From NCBI GenBank assembly GCA_951406725.2, contig OX597825.1, positions 32,612,001 to 32,676,000 of the forward strand: 64,000 nucleotides of DNA, written 5' to 3'. The position numbers and the translations under genes were made by a program. The notes under the pieces were generated by a model, which saw only the letters and a program-made list of their open reading frames with translations, was not told the DNA's origin and made no database searches. Below, piece by piece: positions 41,798 to 56,464 of the stretch (position 1 is the stretch's first letter; every line of letters begins with the position of its first letter). Source of the DNA: Octopus vulgaris (lineage: Eukaryota).

Positions 41798-42759
41798 CTG
41801 ATTAAACAGCAAAAACAAACAAAAAGTAATCATAAAGAAGCCAAATCTTGTTCAAAAGTCTTTCATCGAATTAAAGAAACCCTGGAAGACACAGACCCAA
41901 GGAAACGTACTAGTCCAACTCAAATACCTTCATTTCTCTCTTGGTACAAGACCTGAAATTTTATAGGAAGGGACTGGTCGTGTACACCAACCCCGGTGCT
42001 TATTATATCAACCCTGAAAAGAAGGAAGGTAAAGTCGACGTCGGCGGAATTTGATATCAGAATATAAGGCCTTTGTCCGTCCTGGTAACTGTTCTGGCAG
42101 CTCACCACCATATTACAACGTGAATATTTTAACCGTACAGCCATTTCCCGTGCGCTCATTTCAGTTCAATTATAAATATTTCCAAAGGTTGATATCCTCA
42201 ACTTCATTTCCACCAAGAAAATAAGTAAATAAATATAAATAACTGACAGGAGAAAAGTAAGGAAAAATAAAAGATTTGAAGAAAATGAGATCACAATAAA
42301 TAATACTGAGACCAATAATGATAAATTACGTGGAAAACATGAGAAACGGAACAAAATTTTTTTACCATAAAACAATTGGCAACAACAGTCATAGCTTATA
42401 ATTGCATCATTTCAGAGCTTTCGTCTTTCACTTTTTCTCCTTCCTCTATCTCTTTTGTCTATCCTTCTCAGTTCCTTCCTAGCATTGCTCACTCAGTCTC
42501 CAAGGCTCTCTCGTTTTATTTCTCTCTAATATGTCTTACTCTGTCTCCTCTCTTCACGCTCTCCCTGTATCTTCTCACTTCCTTGTTTCGTTTCTTATAT
42601 TTTTCTCGTTACAGTCCCACTCGCCTTTTCTTTCCCGCTCCCCTCTCGCTCCTTTCCCCAACCACTTTCCCCTCATCTATTTCGGCCACCATTCGATTGG
42701 AAACAATAATTCTAACAAAGTGATCGTTTATCAATAACAGGAAATACTTCAGACTTTCT

Positions 42760-43718
42760 CAATCTCCCTCTCTATCTCTCTCTGTCTCTCTCTCTCTCTC
42801 TCACAAACACGCACACATATATATATATATATATATATCATATAGCATCATGAACAATGGCGGTGTAAATATAAATGTTTCTACAACCACCAGCACCACC
42901 AACAACCAGACGAATACGACGGCGTCCACCACCACCAGCACCAGCACCACTACCACCACAACCACCGCCATCGTTAACACAATTAACACCACCAATAATA
43001 ACAACAAACAATAATACTACTATCACCACTAGTAGTATAACCATTACCACCAACACCAACACCACCACCACCACATCTACCATCATAACCATCACCATTA
43101 ACAGTATAACATCACCACCACTATCAACACCATCACCACCTTCACCACCAACACCAACACCCTCATCATCAGCACTACCACCACCACCACATCTGCCAGC
43201 ATAACCATCGCCACAACCACCACCAAAACCGTCACGACTACTACTATATTATCACCACCACTATCAACACTATCACCACCTTCACGATCAACGCCAATAC
43301 CCCCATCATCACCATTACCACCACCATACCACCGCCACCACCACCACCACCACCGCATCTACCATCATAACCATCACCAGAACCACCAGCAAAACCGTCA
43401 CGACTACCAAGACTACTACTACTACCAACTACAACACCAACACCATCATGACTTCCTTCTCTCTAACAATTAGATCAAGACCTGAAGTCAAGCGGTAATA
43501 AATGTAACACGGTTGATGATCTTCAATTCAACGCTGATGGAATTGTTCTTGTTGTTATTGTTATGGTACTTATTTCTGCTGCTGTCATTGTTTTTTTCTT
43601 GTATCCCTCTTTTCATGACTTAATCGGGGTACCGGGAATGCAATACCCGTGACCTACGAAGGCCCTCCGAGACTAATGAGATCAATATTGCTGCATTTGT
43701 TGTAAAAATGCTTATTAC

Positions 43719-43787
<69 letters not shown>

Positions 43788-43793
43788 TACTAC

Positions 43794-43830
<37 letters not shown>

Positions 43831-43962
43831 TGGTAATATAGTTATAAAGTGTAGTGAAACAATGTGGTAAATACAGCGTCAAATATTGGGGTAATTTCTG
43901 TTGTAATTCCTAAAGGAAATAATGTAAAGCATTAATTATTGCCACATTATTTATTATTATTA

Positions 43963-44017
<55 letters not shown>

Positions 44018-44177
44018 CATTATTATTATTATCCTCATCATCATGATCATCATCATGATCATCATCATCAGAAGTAGTAAGTAGTAGTAGTAGCAGTAGC
44101 AGTAGCAGCAGCAGCAGTAGCAGCAACAGCCGTAGTAGTAGTAGTAGCAGTAGTAGTAGTAGTAGCAGCAGCAGCTA

Positions 44178-44221
<44 letters not shown>

Positions 44222-44275
44222 TGATGATGATGACGACGACGACGACGATGATAATGTTCATCATCATCAGTGCAG
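42760..44275. repeat. Low-complexity (ACC)-rich block and (ATT)n/(TAG)n microsatellites
   Basis: Visible runs and short internal duplications. Confidence 0.9.
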
Positions 44276-44695
44276 CGATGTAGCAGGAATGAAATTGCTT
44301 CGGACAAATAGCAAAGCGTCTTTTGTTCCAGCTCTTCTCGTTTTCAGTTCAAATCCCGCCGACGCCAACTTTTACTTTTATCATTTGGAGGTCTATAAAA
44401 TAAGTACCAGTTGAGATTGAGGGGTCGATGTTCTAAAATTGCTGACCTTACTACTAAAGTTTGAGAAAAGTAGAAGCGGCGAACCGACAGAGATGTTAAC
44501 GCGTCGGACAAAATTATTAGCGTTATTTGTTCCGACTCTTTATGTTTCGAGTAAAAATCTTGTCGAGCCCTATCTTACCTTTCATCCTTTCGGAGTCTAT
44601 GAAATAAGTACTATGGTCAATGTTATCGATTAGCTTCTTCCCCAATATTTTTTGGCCCTTGTAGTTATAGTAGAAAGAATTGTTGATGATGATGA

Positions 44696-44771
<76 letters not shown>

Positions 44772-44774
44772 ATT

Positions 44775-45400
44775 ATTTACTTTTATTCTGCATGTTTGTA
44801 ACAATCACTTGCCGAGACAAACCTAGCGCCCTTGGGCGAATGAAGGATAAAAGATGTTACAGTATGACTGAAAGCTTGTGGGCGGAGTATCAAGGGCAGT
44901 AGCGAAATATCTTCACATAATACAACATAGACATTTAAATTGATAGAGTTTTTCTAAGGTTGTGGGCAGTACTTGTCAGCAGAATCTTTTGGATTTCTCT
45001 GAGACATAGTTCTCCTGGGATCTTATCTAGATGTTTTTGACATCCCTTTTTTATCATGCCAAGGGCACCCTCAATAACAGGACCGGTTCCCACTTTAAGA
45101 TGTCACATCTTTTGCGCTTCAATTCCCAGGACCTTATATTTACTTAATTTGTCAAATTCCTTAACAGATATATTTTTATCAGTGGGAACACTTAGATCTA
45201 TTAGTTTACAAGTATTTTCTTCTATGTCTTTAATGACTATGTCTGGTCGATTAGCCTCGATCGTTCTATCGGTGTTGACTGGAAAATCCCAGTGGATAGT
45301 GATATTTTTACCTTCAACGAGTGGCTGAGGATGATGTTCATACTAGTAAGCAGGAGTGCTGATTTTGTAATGTTTACGTATTTTCCAATATAAATACCCT
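44775..45400 (-). mobile_element. 3' fragment of an R4/Dong-like LINE (endonuclease region)
   Basis: Minus FPVNTDRTIEANRPDIVIKD..LIDLSVP..KLSKYK; followed by (AAT/AAC)n. Confidence 0.82.
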
Positions 45401-45429
45401 ATGATAATAATTATCATTGTTGTTGTTTG

Positions 45430-47690
45430 TTGCTGTTATTTTATCGTGCTTGTACAGCTTCTAACCCTGGTGATGTACTACGGTCTCAGCTGTTCATTAC
45501 CAGTGAACTAAGGTAACGCTCCTTATTTTTCGAGTACCATCCGGTGTATGCGAGCAGTTCCAAACAGTGCTGTTTTCTGCAAGTGATCAACCCTTATTGC
45601 AGCCCCTATTTGTTCCATGTACTTCTCCAGATTTTTATTCACTGTTCCCATGGCTTCGACGATTATTGGTACTACTACCACCTTTTCAGCGATCACAAAT
45701 GCTTGTTGCAAAGTGTCCAATGGACAGTCCTTGCTATGTCATGATTTCTCTTATATTCTCTCTGGCTAGTGGCGTACATAGACTGGTAATATGCCATACG
45801 GTTTCACCATTTTATCCACAAATTCTGCACTTATCACTTTCTGATGTGTTGTCTATTCTGTATATGATGTAATTCGTTCTTAACGCTTGCTCTTGGACAG
45901 CACACATTAGAGCCTCCGTTACCGGTTTTAAATCAGTTTTAGTCATTCATAGCTATCCTTTTTCTATGTCTTTCTTATCTTCAACATCCCAATGAAATTT
46001 TCCTTGCATTCTTTTCGTTGTCCACCTATTTTCAATTTCATTCATTCTCAAATCCTTATGCAGTGCTCTATCTTTGGAATCTCCCATCCTACACAAGCCT
46101 GGTCTTCTTACCTCCAATAATAGCGGTTCTGTGGAATTTTTAACATACTATGCTATGCTGTTTTCTTCTGCGCTGATGTTGTGTTCGCATCCAATCATTC
46201 CTCTTCCCCCTCTTTTTCTTGGTACATTCAGTCTGCCCGTATCACTTTTTGGGTGGAGTATACCATATCTAGTTAGCAACTTCCTCGTCTTTCTGTCTAA
46301 GCTGTTTAGTTCCTCTAATGTCCTGCTTCATATCTAAGGACTCAAACGTCTCTTCTATTTGCTTCATAACCTCCCCCGACAGTATCGCTAACCCTTTCAA
46401 TCATTTAATTTTGCCTCTTTTAAAAACGAACACACCACACTTTCTCAGTCTGAACTCGATTCTGATATCAGCACTGAAAGTATACACCGTATTAACGAGG
46501 GAACTGACTTGGGATTCATCTTTGCCATAAGTTTGAGGTTATCCATGAATAACAAGTGATTGAGTTTTTGTTGGCGGCTCTTGAATACATATCTAGTCTT
46601 TACTTTCCTCAGAATCAGTGTAAGTGGCCTCATGCACAGTACAAAGATCAGTGGGGACAGTCAGTCCCCTTGGAAGATGCCTCTCCTGATTTCTCTTGTC
46701 CCTAAACTTCTTCCCTACGCTATCAGTTCCGTCCTCCACTTCGCCATACTTTTTCCAAGCAATCGCTCAACATTCGATGTAATACCAAATAGGTTAATAT
46801 ATTCCATAATCCAAGAATGTGGGATCATATAATATGTCTTACGATAATCGATCCATGACACTGCTAAGTTAGTTTTCTTCATCTTGCAGTCTTTAACAGT
46901 TTTGTCTACCAGAAGTTGATCCTTGATACCTCTGCACATACACTCATGTGGTAGGACACCATTTTTTTTCAGATGTTCGTACATTGACTCTGCGACTATT
47001 CCAGTCAATAATTTCCACATAAGTGGCAGGCAGGGTATCGGCTTGTATTGTCTTTTTCGATGTTTTTCAAGCTTAGCACTGTCCTACCCATTGCCAGCCA
47101 CTCTGATGTTACTTGGTCGGCATTTAGCAAGGTGTTGAGTTGTGCATGACATTCACCAAATCTTTTGATACAGTAGCCTTGAACTCCATCTGGTCCCTGG
47201 GTTTTCCATTAGCCCATTTTTTGCTGATTTCTTTCACTTCCCTAACTGAAATGACTAGTTCTGCCTGTTTTGAACAGACTATTGTTCGTTTCAGTTCTTG
47301 CAGCCATTCAGCATCCTTCTTGTGCTCCTTGTCTTTGCTCCAGAAATTACTCGAAAACCTTTGATTTTCTATGTTATCTGGTATCAACATTTCATCTGTA
47401 CACTCTCCATTTATTTCTTTATAGAATCACTTCTGATCTACTCCGAAAAACCTATTTTGCTGGTGTCCGTTCAACCTTTAGTCGTATCTTACCACCTTTG
47501 ATTTCTTTGCAACGAGGCGCTGTTTTAGTTCCTTCATTACCACTTTCAGGCCCTTTCTTTCAATATCATACTTCCTGTTCAGTGCCGTGTATTTTTGTTC
47601 GCTTTTAAGCTACCCCTTCTCTTCCCAGTCTAACACAGAAATGTTCTTCGAGAGCATATCTAACCCGCCTGTATTCCTTTTTCCCACCAT
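45430..47690 (-). mobile_element. Decayed R4/Dong-like LINE, second family
   Basis: [32 protein letters not shown] and VVPIIV..LQKTALFGTARI motifs. Confidence 0.88.
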
Positions 47691-47799
47691 TATTGTTATT
47701 ATTATTGTTGTTGTTGTTGTTGTTATTTTTTATCACACATGTTTTGTTGGAACTCCTGGAGACTTGCATACGTAGTAGTAATAGTAGTAGTAATAGTAA

Positions 47800-47855
<56 letters not shown>

Positions 47856-47939
47856 ATGTTGTAGAAGGATGACAGCCATAACAATTTTTAAATGATATTT
47901 GCATAAAATTTTCCACCATAACAGTTAAAGCAATATCTG

Positions 47940-50300
47940 AATTCCCATGCGGTATCAGCCATCAGCCATCTTCGGACTCAATTCTGTAAAGGGAACCCTT
48001 GCGTATATTAATTCTCTGCTCTATTTAAGTTTTGATTACTTCATTTCTGTGCATCTTCATTACGTCATCGCCAATATTCCTAATAAGCTAATTTACTACA
48101 TTCACAAATCAAAGATGTTGTTACGCTTCCATTCCTCTTGTCATAGAATCTATGAAATGATGAATCAATACACTGTGGAATTGGATCTATATCGTGCCCA
48201 GAGCCTGTTACTATATTATAAAGACAATTCTTCAATTTCAAGATTTAGGTTTGACTTTCTCATCCATGTTCACGAGCAAACAGTATTAATACCTTCAGCC
48301 ATATCTTATGTTTCCATAAATTTTGTATTTCGATACGTAGAATTTTTCGGTTTTAACTGTTATAATCTCGTTAGCTGTTTACCTCCTTTACCAACGATCG
48401 CCCGCGGTTTCTTATGTGCACTATCCTTCGCAGTTTCTTTCTACACTATCCTTCGCAAATAATCTATAATTTAAGCACTGTCGCATAGACATGATCAAAT
48501 GCATTACAGTTACGATCATCTCATCTTCATTTCTAGACATAGTTTTGTTTAGGATACATTATCCGATACCTTTCAGCTTTTTAAGAAACAGGATACGATT
48601 TGAGGGAGTCTTGGTCGTTCTTTCTGGTACATATAGACTCCCAGATTGTCATGTTTGCTCTTTTACCACTCTTTGCAACAAGGCGTTATTAATCTTATTA
48701 ATACTACTGATGAAATGTTATGTCCCATGTGAGCTTTCTAAAGTTAATCGGTTCTACACATTTCACTTTCGAATCCTTCATTAAACTTCAAAAGAGATAT
48801 TATCTTGTTTTTTGTTGTTGTTTTTTTCCATAACCTATATATTACATTCTCCATTAAACGATTTAAACATTAATTCCGCTATTTTAGATATTCTCATTAT
48901 TCCAAAATATGCATTTCACGCTAGTCTCCATTATCTTATCTAACCTACGTATTTATAATCCCCTATGTGCAGCAGTTTTATGAATTCGTTATCTGCTAAG
49001 TGTATGCCATTATTTTCCATTCCATTGAACCAACGCATTGTTTGAAATAAAGAGCTCGTAAGAATTGTGTTCTTTGCAAACAGATTCAAGGCGACCCTCC
49101 AGCATACTCTTAGCCTTCATGGTTAAAACAGAGCAAAGACCTGAAGAACATCGTGACCTAAAAATAAGGAACAGCAGATATTTATGCCGCTCTTCCTTGA
49201 AATACACGTAACTAAGTATTCGCGATGCTTGTGTTAACGTTATCATTTATACCATGAAAGGCCAAGAGGACACGCGATCATCTCGGGAAATTCTTCCAAT
49301 TATCTTTCTAAATAATCTTTTTTTCTTCTGACTCCAAACTCTTTAATTCCAGCTTTCTCATATATTCTGTTACTGCAATTCTTTATTCAACTATTCAGCA
49401 TTCAATTATGAGATTATTATCAAGGGGATAGTTTTGCATTATAATTCACCCCTGCGATTGTAATATATGCATTTAAAGTTATTCTCAAGTTCCGTTATTC
49501 CTTATGCAGCATCACTTCAATATTTCTATTCTAATGGCAGTATGTACTTTATGTATTTCTGGTTATTCTGAAGTTCCTTTATTTCTTCCATAGTATCACT
49601 TCTCTTCTGACGGAAATACATCCTTTATGTATTTTTATTCTCAAATTCCTTTATTCTTTCTACACTTCTGTTCTAAAGGCAACACACTCCTTTGTGAATT
49701 TGTAGTTATTCTCAAATACCTTTATTCCTTCTACAGAATCACTTTTCTTCTAATAGCAATATGCCCTTTATATGTGTGTAATTATTCTCATGTGCGACGC
49801 CATAGTAAAAGACAGAAAACACTTGCCCAAGGTGCAGCGCAGTGGGATTGAACCCAAGGCAACATGTTTTGGAACCAAGCTTCTAACGCACCCAACCATG
49901 CCGCTGCCAATTGGTCTTCCACTATCACAAGGTCTGGATACATCTACTCACGCTTTATCGAAGTTTCTGCAGCCATTTACCGTATTTCTTACTCTCGCTT
50001 TCTTCTATAATCTTCTGTAATGTGTTCAGTTTTTTTGACATTAGAGATAAACTTCCTTTCATTCAATCCCTAACATTCCTTTGTAGAATTTCTTTTTCAT
50101 CTCCGTGAATGATGCAGTTTTGTTTGCATAAGTCTATTTTCTGCTGGCATCGTTTTATCTTTCTTATTAGGGCGATGTGTTTTTAACAGCATTTTTTTGA
50201 AAACCCTTTAGATTTTACGTACAACGTATTTCTTACCTTTTTTACGTATTTTTCAATTCACCTTTCTATACCTTCGAAGTATTTTATTATTCAACATTGC
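47940..50300 (-). mobile_element. Highly decayed R4/Dong-like LINE
   Basis: Residual minus-strand WMRKSNLNLE and LICECSKLAY*EYWR resemble the zinc-knuckle region of the other copies; family-B SINE piece at about 49800-49905. Confidence 0.5.
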
Positions 50301-50350
50301 CTTTTGACGTTTTCTTCAAATCAAATCAAATTATTATGTTTATCATAATA

Positions 50351-50411
<61 letters not shown>

Positions 50412-52170
50412 TCATTGTTCATAGTTTGAAAAATATATCAGGAGTTTCCTTCAAACAAGAATTAGATACATCTTAGGAAGCATGCATAAAATATTCAAGA
50501 TTAATACAATGATGCTCAAGATGAATAATTCTGTCAGAATAATGCCCTTGCAATATTTGAAGATCCAGTTTGTAGTAGGATGGATGGTGGTAGTGTAGGT
50601 GGCGGTAGTAGTGCAGTGGGGATAGTGAGGGGTAGTGGGGTATAGCAGTGGGGTAGTGGGGTGGTAGTGGATTGGTGGTAGTGGTGGTGGTGGTGGTGGT
50701 GGTGGTGGTGGTGGTGGTGGTGGTGATGGTAGTGGAAGTAGTGTTAGTGGTGGTGAGGTAGCGGTTGTCGACATGGTGATGGTGAAGATTTCGACTGTCG
50801 AAACCCTGGAGTTTGCCCACTCGACCAGACGTGCATGATGAACCCTCATCGTATATGAGGCAGAAGTAACAGCAGCGCTACATGATGGCCAAACCGAAAT
50901 GAAAAATTACATCAGGTTATGCGAAGGTGACTCAGAAAAATGCCATGCTCACCACTTATCTTCTTTCTGGCACATGGACAGTAGTAAAGCCACTAAGTTG
51001 GCTAACCACACACACAAACGCGCGCGCCTGTGTGTGTGCGTGTGTGCAATATGGCGTTGCAGAATGCGGGCTGTTTCACATATATCTGTCTCCATAATTT
51101 ACATCGTTGTTTCCTAGGTGAAATTTAAAATAAAGAGTAATTAACAGACATAGAATATATCACCTGACCTATTATTCAAAATATAACATTTTTGATATAA
51201 AATCTCAGGAAATCTATTTATTCTTCAGATTACATTCACATGCAATTTGGTCCAAATATGGAAACTAAAACGTAACAAATTTGATTGACAGATGGAAAGT
51301 GCAGGGCTTCAAATAGATTTATTTTTAAACGGAAATTAGTCCATTGAAGATGGAATATAGAGTACTAATATTTTTGATAAATCAAAGCGTGATGAGAAAG
51401 TCAGAGTTTAGTTAAAGGAAACAACTTTTTGTAGACTAGATTTGACGTCGATTAGGAAGGGAAATTAGCAACTAGTTGAATAAACCAATTTGTAAATGTA
51501 CAATTATCAGATAATAACTTGTTTTTATATTTACACTGTCTTTAAAAACGGAAATGAAAATAATAAATCTTTTGATTGTTAACAATCATAATAATAAAAT
51601 AACAATATGAAAATTTTAAAAAAAACATAGCACAAAGTTAGAAAATTAACGACTATTGAATATAATACAAGTTAGTATGTTTACACTACATATGAAAATA
51701 GAGGAAGAAAAAATATCATTTAATTCCATAAAAGTTTAATTTTTTCTAGTTCCTTGTGTTATGAATTAAACGTAGAAGAAAGCGACTATTTGAAGAGATT
51801 CATTTACAACTTATAGATTATATTTCGGCTTTACAATATGAATTACTATAGAAACGGTGTCTACGAAGATAATAAGAAACTGACTAGTAACTTAGTATTT
51901 CAACAGTTTTTATCCCAAACTACTAAATGCAGATACAATAGACAGTGCACTCATTAGGAAGTGGCATTGTAAATTTTTACCTTAGCTACTTTCATAAGTA
52001 ATTGGTTCTTTTTACATAATAATAAGGCAGATGTAACCCTTTTTTCTTCTTGTTCAGACAAAACGGGAAAATGCCGTTATGAATGAACGAATTACAGAAT
52101 TAAATTGACTAAATGTGTTTGTTTTTATAGAAGAATCACTTAAAGAGTCTAAAATGGTATTGTTAATATA

Positions 52171-52843
52171 CAAGGTGTATTCTAGAAGTTTTGAAACTCT
52201 TTTCAGGAGAGGCATTTATTTATTTCAAAGAAGCACAAAAGTAATTTCCTTCAATGTAGGATCCTCTGACTTCAAAGTACCTGTTTTAGTGCTCCAGCCA
52301 CTTCGTGAAGGCCTCATGGAGGTCCTTGAAAATAAAGGTGTTCTGGACCTTTTCACAGCTTCCTTCATCTCCAATGTATTCAAAACGACTGCTCCTGAGG
52401 TTCTTCCTCAACTTGGGGATTGTAAAAGGGTAAGAGATAGTTTTGCTGTCTCTGTCAAGTAGATGGTTACCAGTACGGAATTGTGAACTGCTACTCGGCT
52501 CATACAACTTAACCCCCTGACCAATCTGGAGCATTTCATAAGATTTTGTAGTATTTTTCTCCAGTTTAACACAAAAGTTTATTGCATATCGAGCTTCGAC
52601 ATTGCCTTTACGTCCCGGCTGCATTCTGCAAACTCGTCACTCGTCAGCTGTGACAAGCAATATTTAGTGGGGTGCGTTCAAAATGCTGTTACAGTCATCT
52701 CCTTCAAATAGGAATAACAAAAGTTGGCAGGAGGTCAGCTTATTACATGTATAGCAATGATATGCAAAAATTGCAATAATCTAGGATAGATTATTGCTAG
52801 CTAGTACTTCTAAAAAGTCTCAAAACTTCTGGAATGCATCTCA
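52171..52843 (-). mobile_element. Internally deleted mariner with both TIRs and TA TSD
   Basis: TA|caaggtgtattctagaagttttgaaact ... agtctcaaaacttctggaatgcatctca|TA; ORF joins the N-terminal EARYAINFCVKLEKN..SYEML to the C-terminal AFTKWLEH. Confidence 0.88.
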
Positions 52844-53997
52844 TATGCTTAAACAGTTCCTTAGTTATTTCAGCAGTAAACAATAGAAGTCTTTAATTAT
52901 TCTAATTTAAATTGTTTCTTAATAAATATGCATTTTAATAGTAAATAATAAATATATATTTTAATTTTATCTCGTCAACTTTTAAAATGTGTTTACTAAT
53001 GTCTACAAAACCAAAATTAATATAATGCTCATTCGATTCAGTGGAAATATAAAAAAAAGTGCATATTACTATTAAATAATATTCTATAAATATGTACTGA
53101 ATAAAATATTATTAGGTTAGTTGAACGACAAATCTTTTGCAGACTCTGTTTATTCTAACTCGAATCAATATCTAATATGTAAACAGTTGAAGACATCTAT
53201 AGTCGAACCGTATATTAAGTTACAGTAAATAGAATATTAATTAGTTTCTTCAGCTATAAAACTCCAAAACTGAAGTTTTATAGCTGAGCAAACCATTTAA
53301 TGCTCTATTTGGGTGGTTTTATTACAGGATTTTGCATGCACTTTTCAAAGATTATGCTTGTATCTTCTATAACGTCTACTGACATTTTCCCAGCCAATTG
53401 TATTTAACGTCTGTTTTTGTTAAGCATTGACAGACAAAATGAAAAGTTCTTCGCGCCTAAAAAGCTTATGTGATGTTCTAAAACATTTCAACGAACATCC
53501 GATAATTGCATGCTGTATCTCTCTTGTAAAAATAAAATCTTTCTGATGTTATCTAGTTATTTGGTAACTTTCTACGATGTGTGTATGTGTTAAGAGATTG
53601 CTGTTATGTTATGATTAACATAGTAAATAATCAAGTCATGACAAGCTAATAAGAAATAATTATCTTCAACATTGTTAATTAATAACATTAAACATTTTCC
53701 TATTTGTAATGTCCAATTTGTTGTATTTTCGTTTCACTTGTTAAATTAAGAAATACTGAAATTGCTGAATGATAAAAGTGGAGAGACCTCTTATTAACAT
53801 TGGCCATATTCAGCTACAATTAGAACAATCTCTATAATTAGCTGAATTCTGGGTGTCTTATAAACTTGCTAAACTGTTCAAGAATATTCCATAAGAGTCC
53901 TAGACGCGAAAATTAAACTTTTCTTTATGTCTGTCAATACTTATCAAAAAGTGCGTCAAAGACGATTGGCTGGAAAATTTCCTGTCCAGTCGCTGTT

Positions 53998-54725
53998 GGG
54001 ATCTTTACCTTTTGACTTACAGATATAAAAAATATTTTTTTGTAACTAAACGCTTTCAAACTTCGGACACTGGTAGAATGTGTCATATAAAACATGTTTT
54101 ACTCTTAGTATTTTTGAGAAAAGCTTATATTTACAAAGTTATTTCACGTTAAAGTAGTCCTATTTCAATAATTTCAACCAATCAATGACATGTATTCAGC
54201 TGAATAAAATTACTGCTGTTGTTTGCCAGTAAGAACTTCTGGCGGTGCATATTTCGTTTGTCACTGTTATTTATGACAACCCTAACCTTAACCCTAAAAC
54301 ATTAACCCTAATCTAAAACCTAACCCTAACCCTTAAACCCTAACCCTAAGCCCAATCTAAAACATAACCCTAACACCCTAACCCTAACCCTAAAACCCTA
54401 ACTCTAAAACCTTAAAGCTAAAACCAGTACGAACGATCGAACGATGTCATAAATAACAGTGACAAATGAAAAATACACCGCCGATAGTTGTGTTGACAAA
54501 CAACGGCAGTAATTTTATTCAGCTGAATAAACGTCATTGATTGGTTGAAATTACCGAAATAAGACTACTTTAATGTGAAATAACTTCGTAAATATAAGTT
54601 TTTCTCAAAAATGCTGAGAGTAAAACATGTTTTATATGACACACTCTACCAGTGTCCGAAGTTTGAAAGTGTTTAGTTACAAAAAATTATTTTTTTAAAT
54701 CTGTAGGTCAAAAGGTAAAGATCCC
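53998..54725. mobile_element. MITE with about 281-bp TIRs and a degenerate (CCCTAA)n core
   Basis: TIRs 53998-54278 and 54445-54725 (gggatctttacc...ggtaaagatccc); flanks gctgtt and gatgtt form a probable 6-bp TSD with one mismatch. Confidence 0.92.
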
Positions 54726-54937
54726 GATGTTGTATTAGGGTTCAAGGACAGGACAAACAAAATAAAACAACTCCGAATATATTGGTAAAATTATCCAGTA
54801 ACTTCGAGAAAGTGGGTAAGTTGATTACATCAATCTTGGTGCTCAAATGGTACTTATTTCATTCACCCCGAAAGGATGGAAGGCAAAGTCGACTTCTGCG
54901 AATTTGAACTCATAACGAGCTAACAATTCTGCTAGCA

Positions 54938-55173
54938 TACCTATTTCTTTATTACCCACAAGGGGCTAAGCACAGAGGGGACAAACAAGGACAGACATAG
55001 GTATTAAGTCGATTACATCGACCCCAGTGCGTAACTGGTACTTAATTTATCGACCCCGAAAGGATGAAAGGCAAAGTCGACCTCGGCGGAATTTGAACTC
55101 ACAACGTAACGCAGACGAAATATCGCTAAGCATTTCACCCGGCGTGCTAACGTTTCTGCCAGCTCGCCGCCTC
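54938..55173 (-). mobile_element. Full-length young family-A SINE nested in an older family-A head
   Basis: 14-bp TSD caattctgctagca at 54924-54937 and 55174-55187; 3' end ...aaagaaataggta. Confidence 0.93.
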
Positions 55174-55209
55174 CAATTCTGCTAGCACGCCGCCCTAACT
55201 TTACCAAAT

Positions 55210-56050
55210 GTATTAATATCAGTTGTTAGTGGCAACTTTCTCTTGTCAATATTACCAAAAATAGTAATAGTATTCGCTGGCTCTTTTGACTTTCAAACTT
55301 AAACATTCCATGTTCAAATTCGAGGAAGCCTGTCTGCTACAAGATTTACGTGAAAGGTATTATTCTCTGTTTGTAAATCTTTGCAGAACACTACATGTAT
55401 GTTGGTAAACTTTCCGTTTTGTATATTTGTAAGGAACAGACTCTATTTGAGCGTTAAGAGTGTTATTTATTTAATCGAATTTGATTTCTAGTTGTATAGC
55501 ATATCGCTGATTTTCTTCTTTATATTTCATTCGTCTTTGTTCATAATAACAGATAAATTGCTATTATCACATTTATAAATTACAATTTTCTCGTTATTTT
55601 TCAAGTCTTGCAGAGCAAGTATAATATCCACATTAAGTATGATTTTATTTTGTTTACAAGTTCTTTGTCTGTTGCTTTCACCCTTGAATAAGTTCCACAG
55701 TTTGTCATTAATTTCTAAAATGAGATTTTTTTTAAAAATGCTAACAGTCACCAGAGACTGATAAAGTAATTCAAGTTAAAGGTTCTTTATATTTTCTTTC
55801 GAGGTATAAGTTAGAACAAAAGTGAAGCGTGTAAATTGGTCAGGCTGAGCATGTTCTGTGAGACGTTAAAGATGTTGTCTTCATGAGTAGGCAGCAACGT
55901 TTTTCTCTTATAAATACCAGCAGCTAGGCTTCTGTTTGTCGTTGGTCATTATTTATTCGACATGAATGGGCAGTTTGCGCGTTACAGATATTTCAGATAA
56001 TTTTTTCATGTTCTAATTAAGTCGAAGATTTTCCATGAACAATATATTTT
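55210..56050 (-). mobile_element. Penelope-like element fragment (region upstream of and at the start of RT), decayed
   Basis: ALQDLKNNEKIVIYKCDNSNLSVIMNKDE resembles the PLE L..L......I..ADKG..V.M motif. Confidence 0.65.
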
Positions 56051-56179
56051 AGACTCTGTGTCCCTATAGCTATTTGATATTCGATACTAGAATTCTCATA
56101 TATATATATATGTATATTATATTATATTATATTATATTATATTATATTATATTATAGTATATTATATTTATAAATGGTA

Positions 56180-56464
<285 letters not shown>

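Noticed and set aside
47947-48784. 171-aa and 97-aa plus-strand ORFs as genes
   Set aside because: Antisense to decayed LINE sequence; no domain-like features.
50451-50849. Pro/Thr-rich ORF with a hydrophobic C-terminus (membrane protein?)
   Set aside because: Core is a (TGG)n microsatellite and no convincing splice pair was found; cannot be fully excluded without RNA data.
54279-54444. True telomere or chromosome-fusion scar
   Set aside because: Short, degenerate, single-orientation and enclosed by the TIRs of a MITE.
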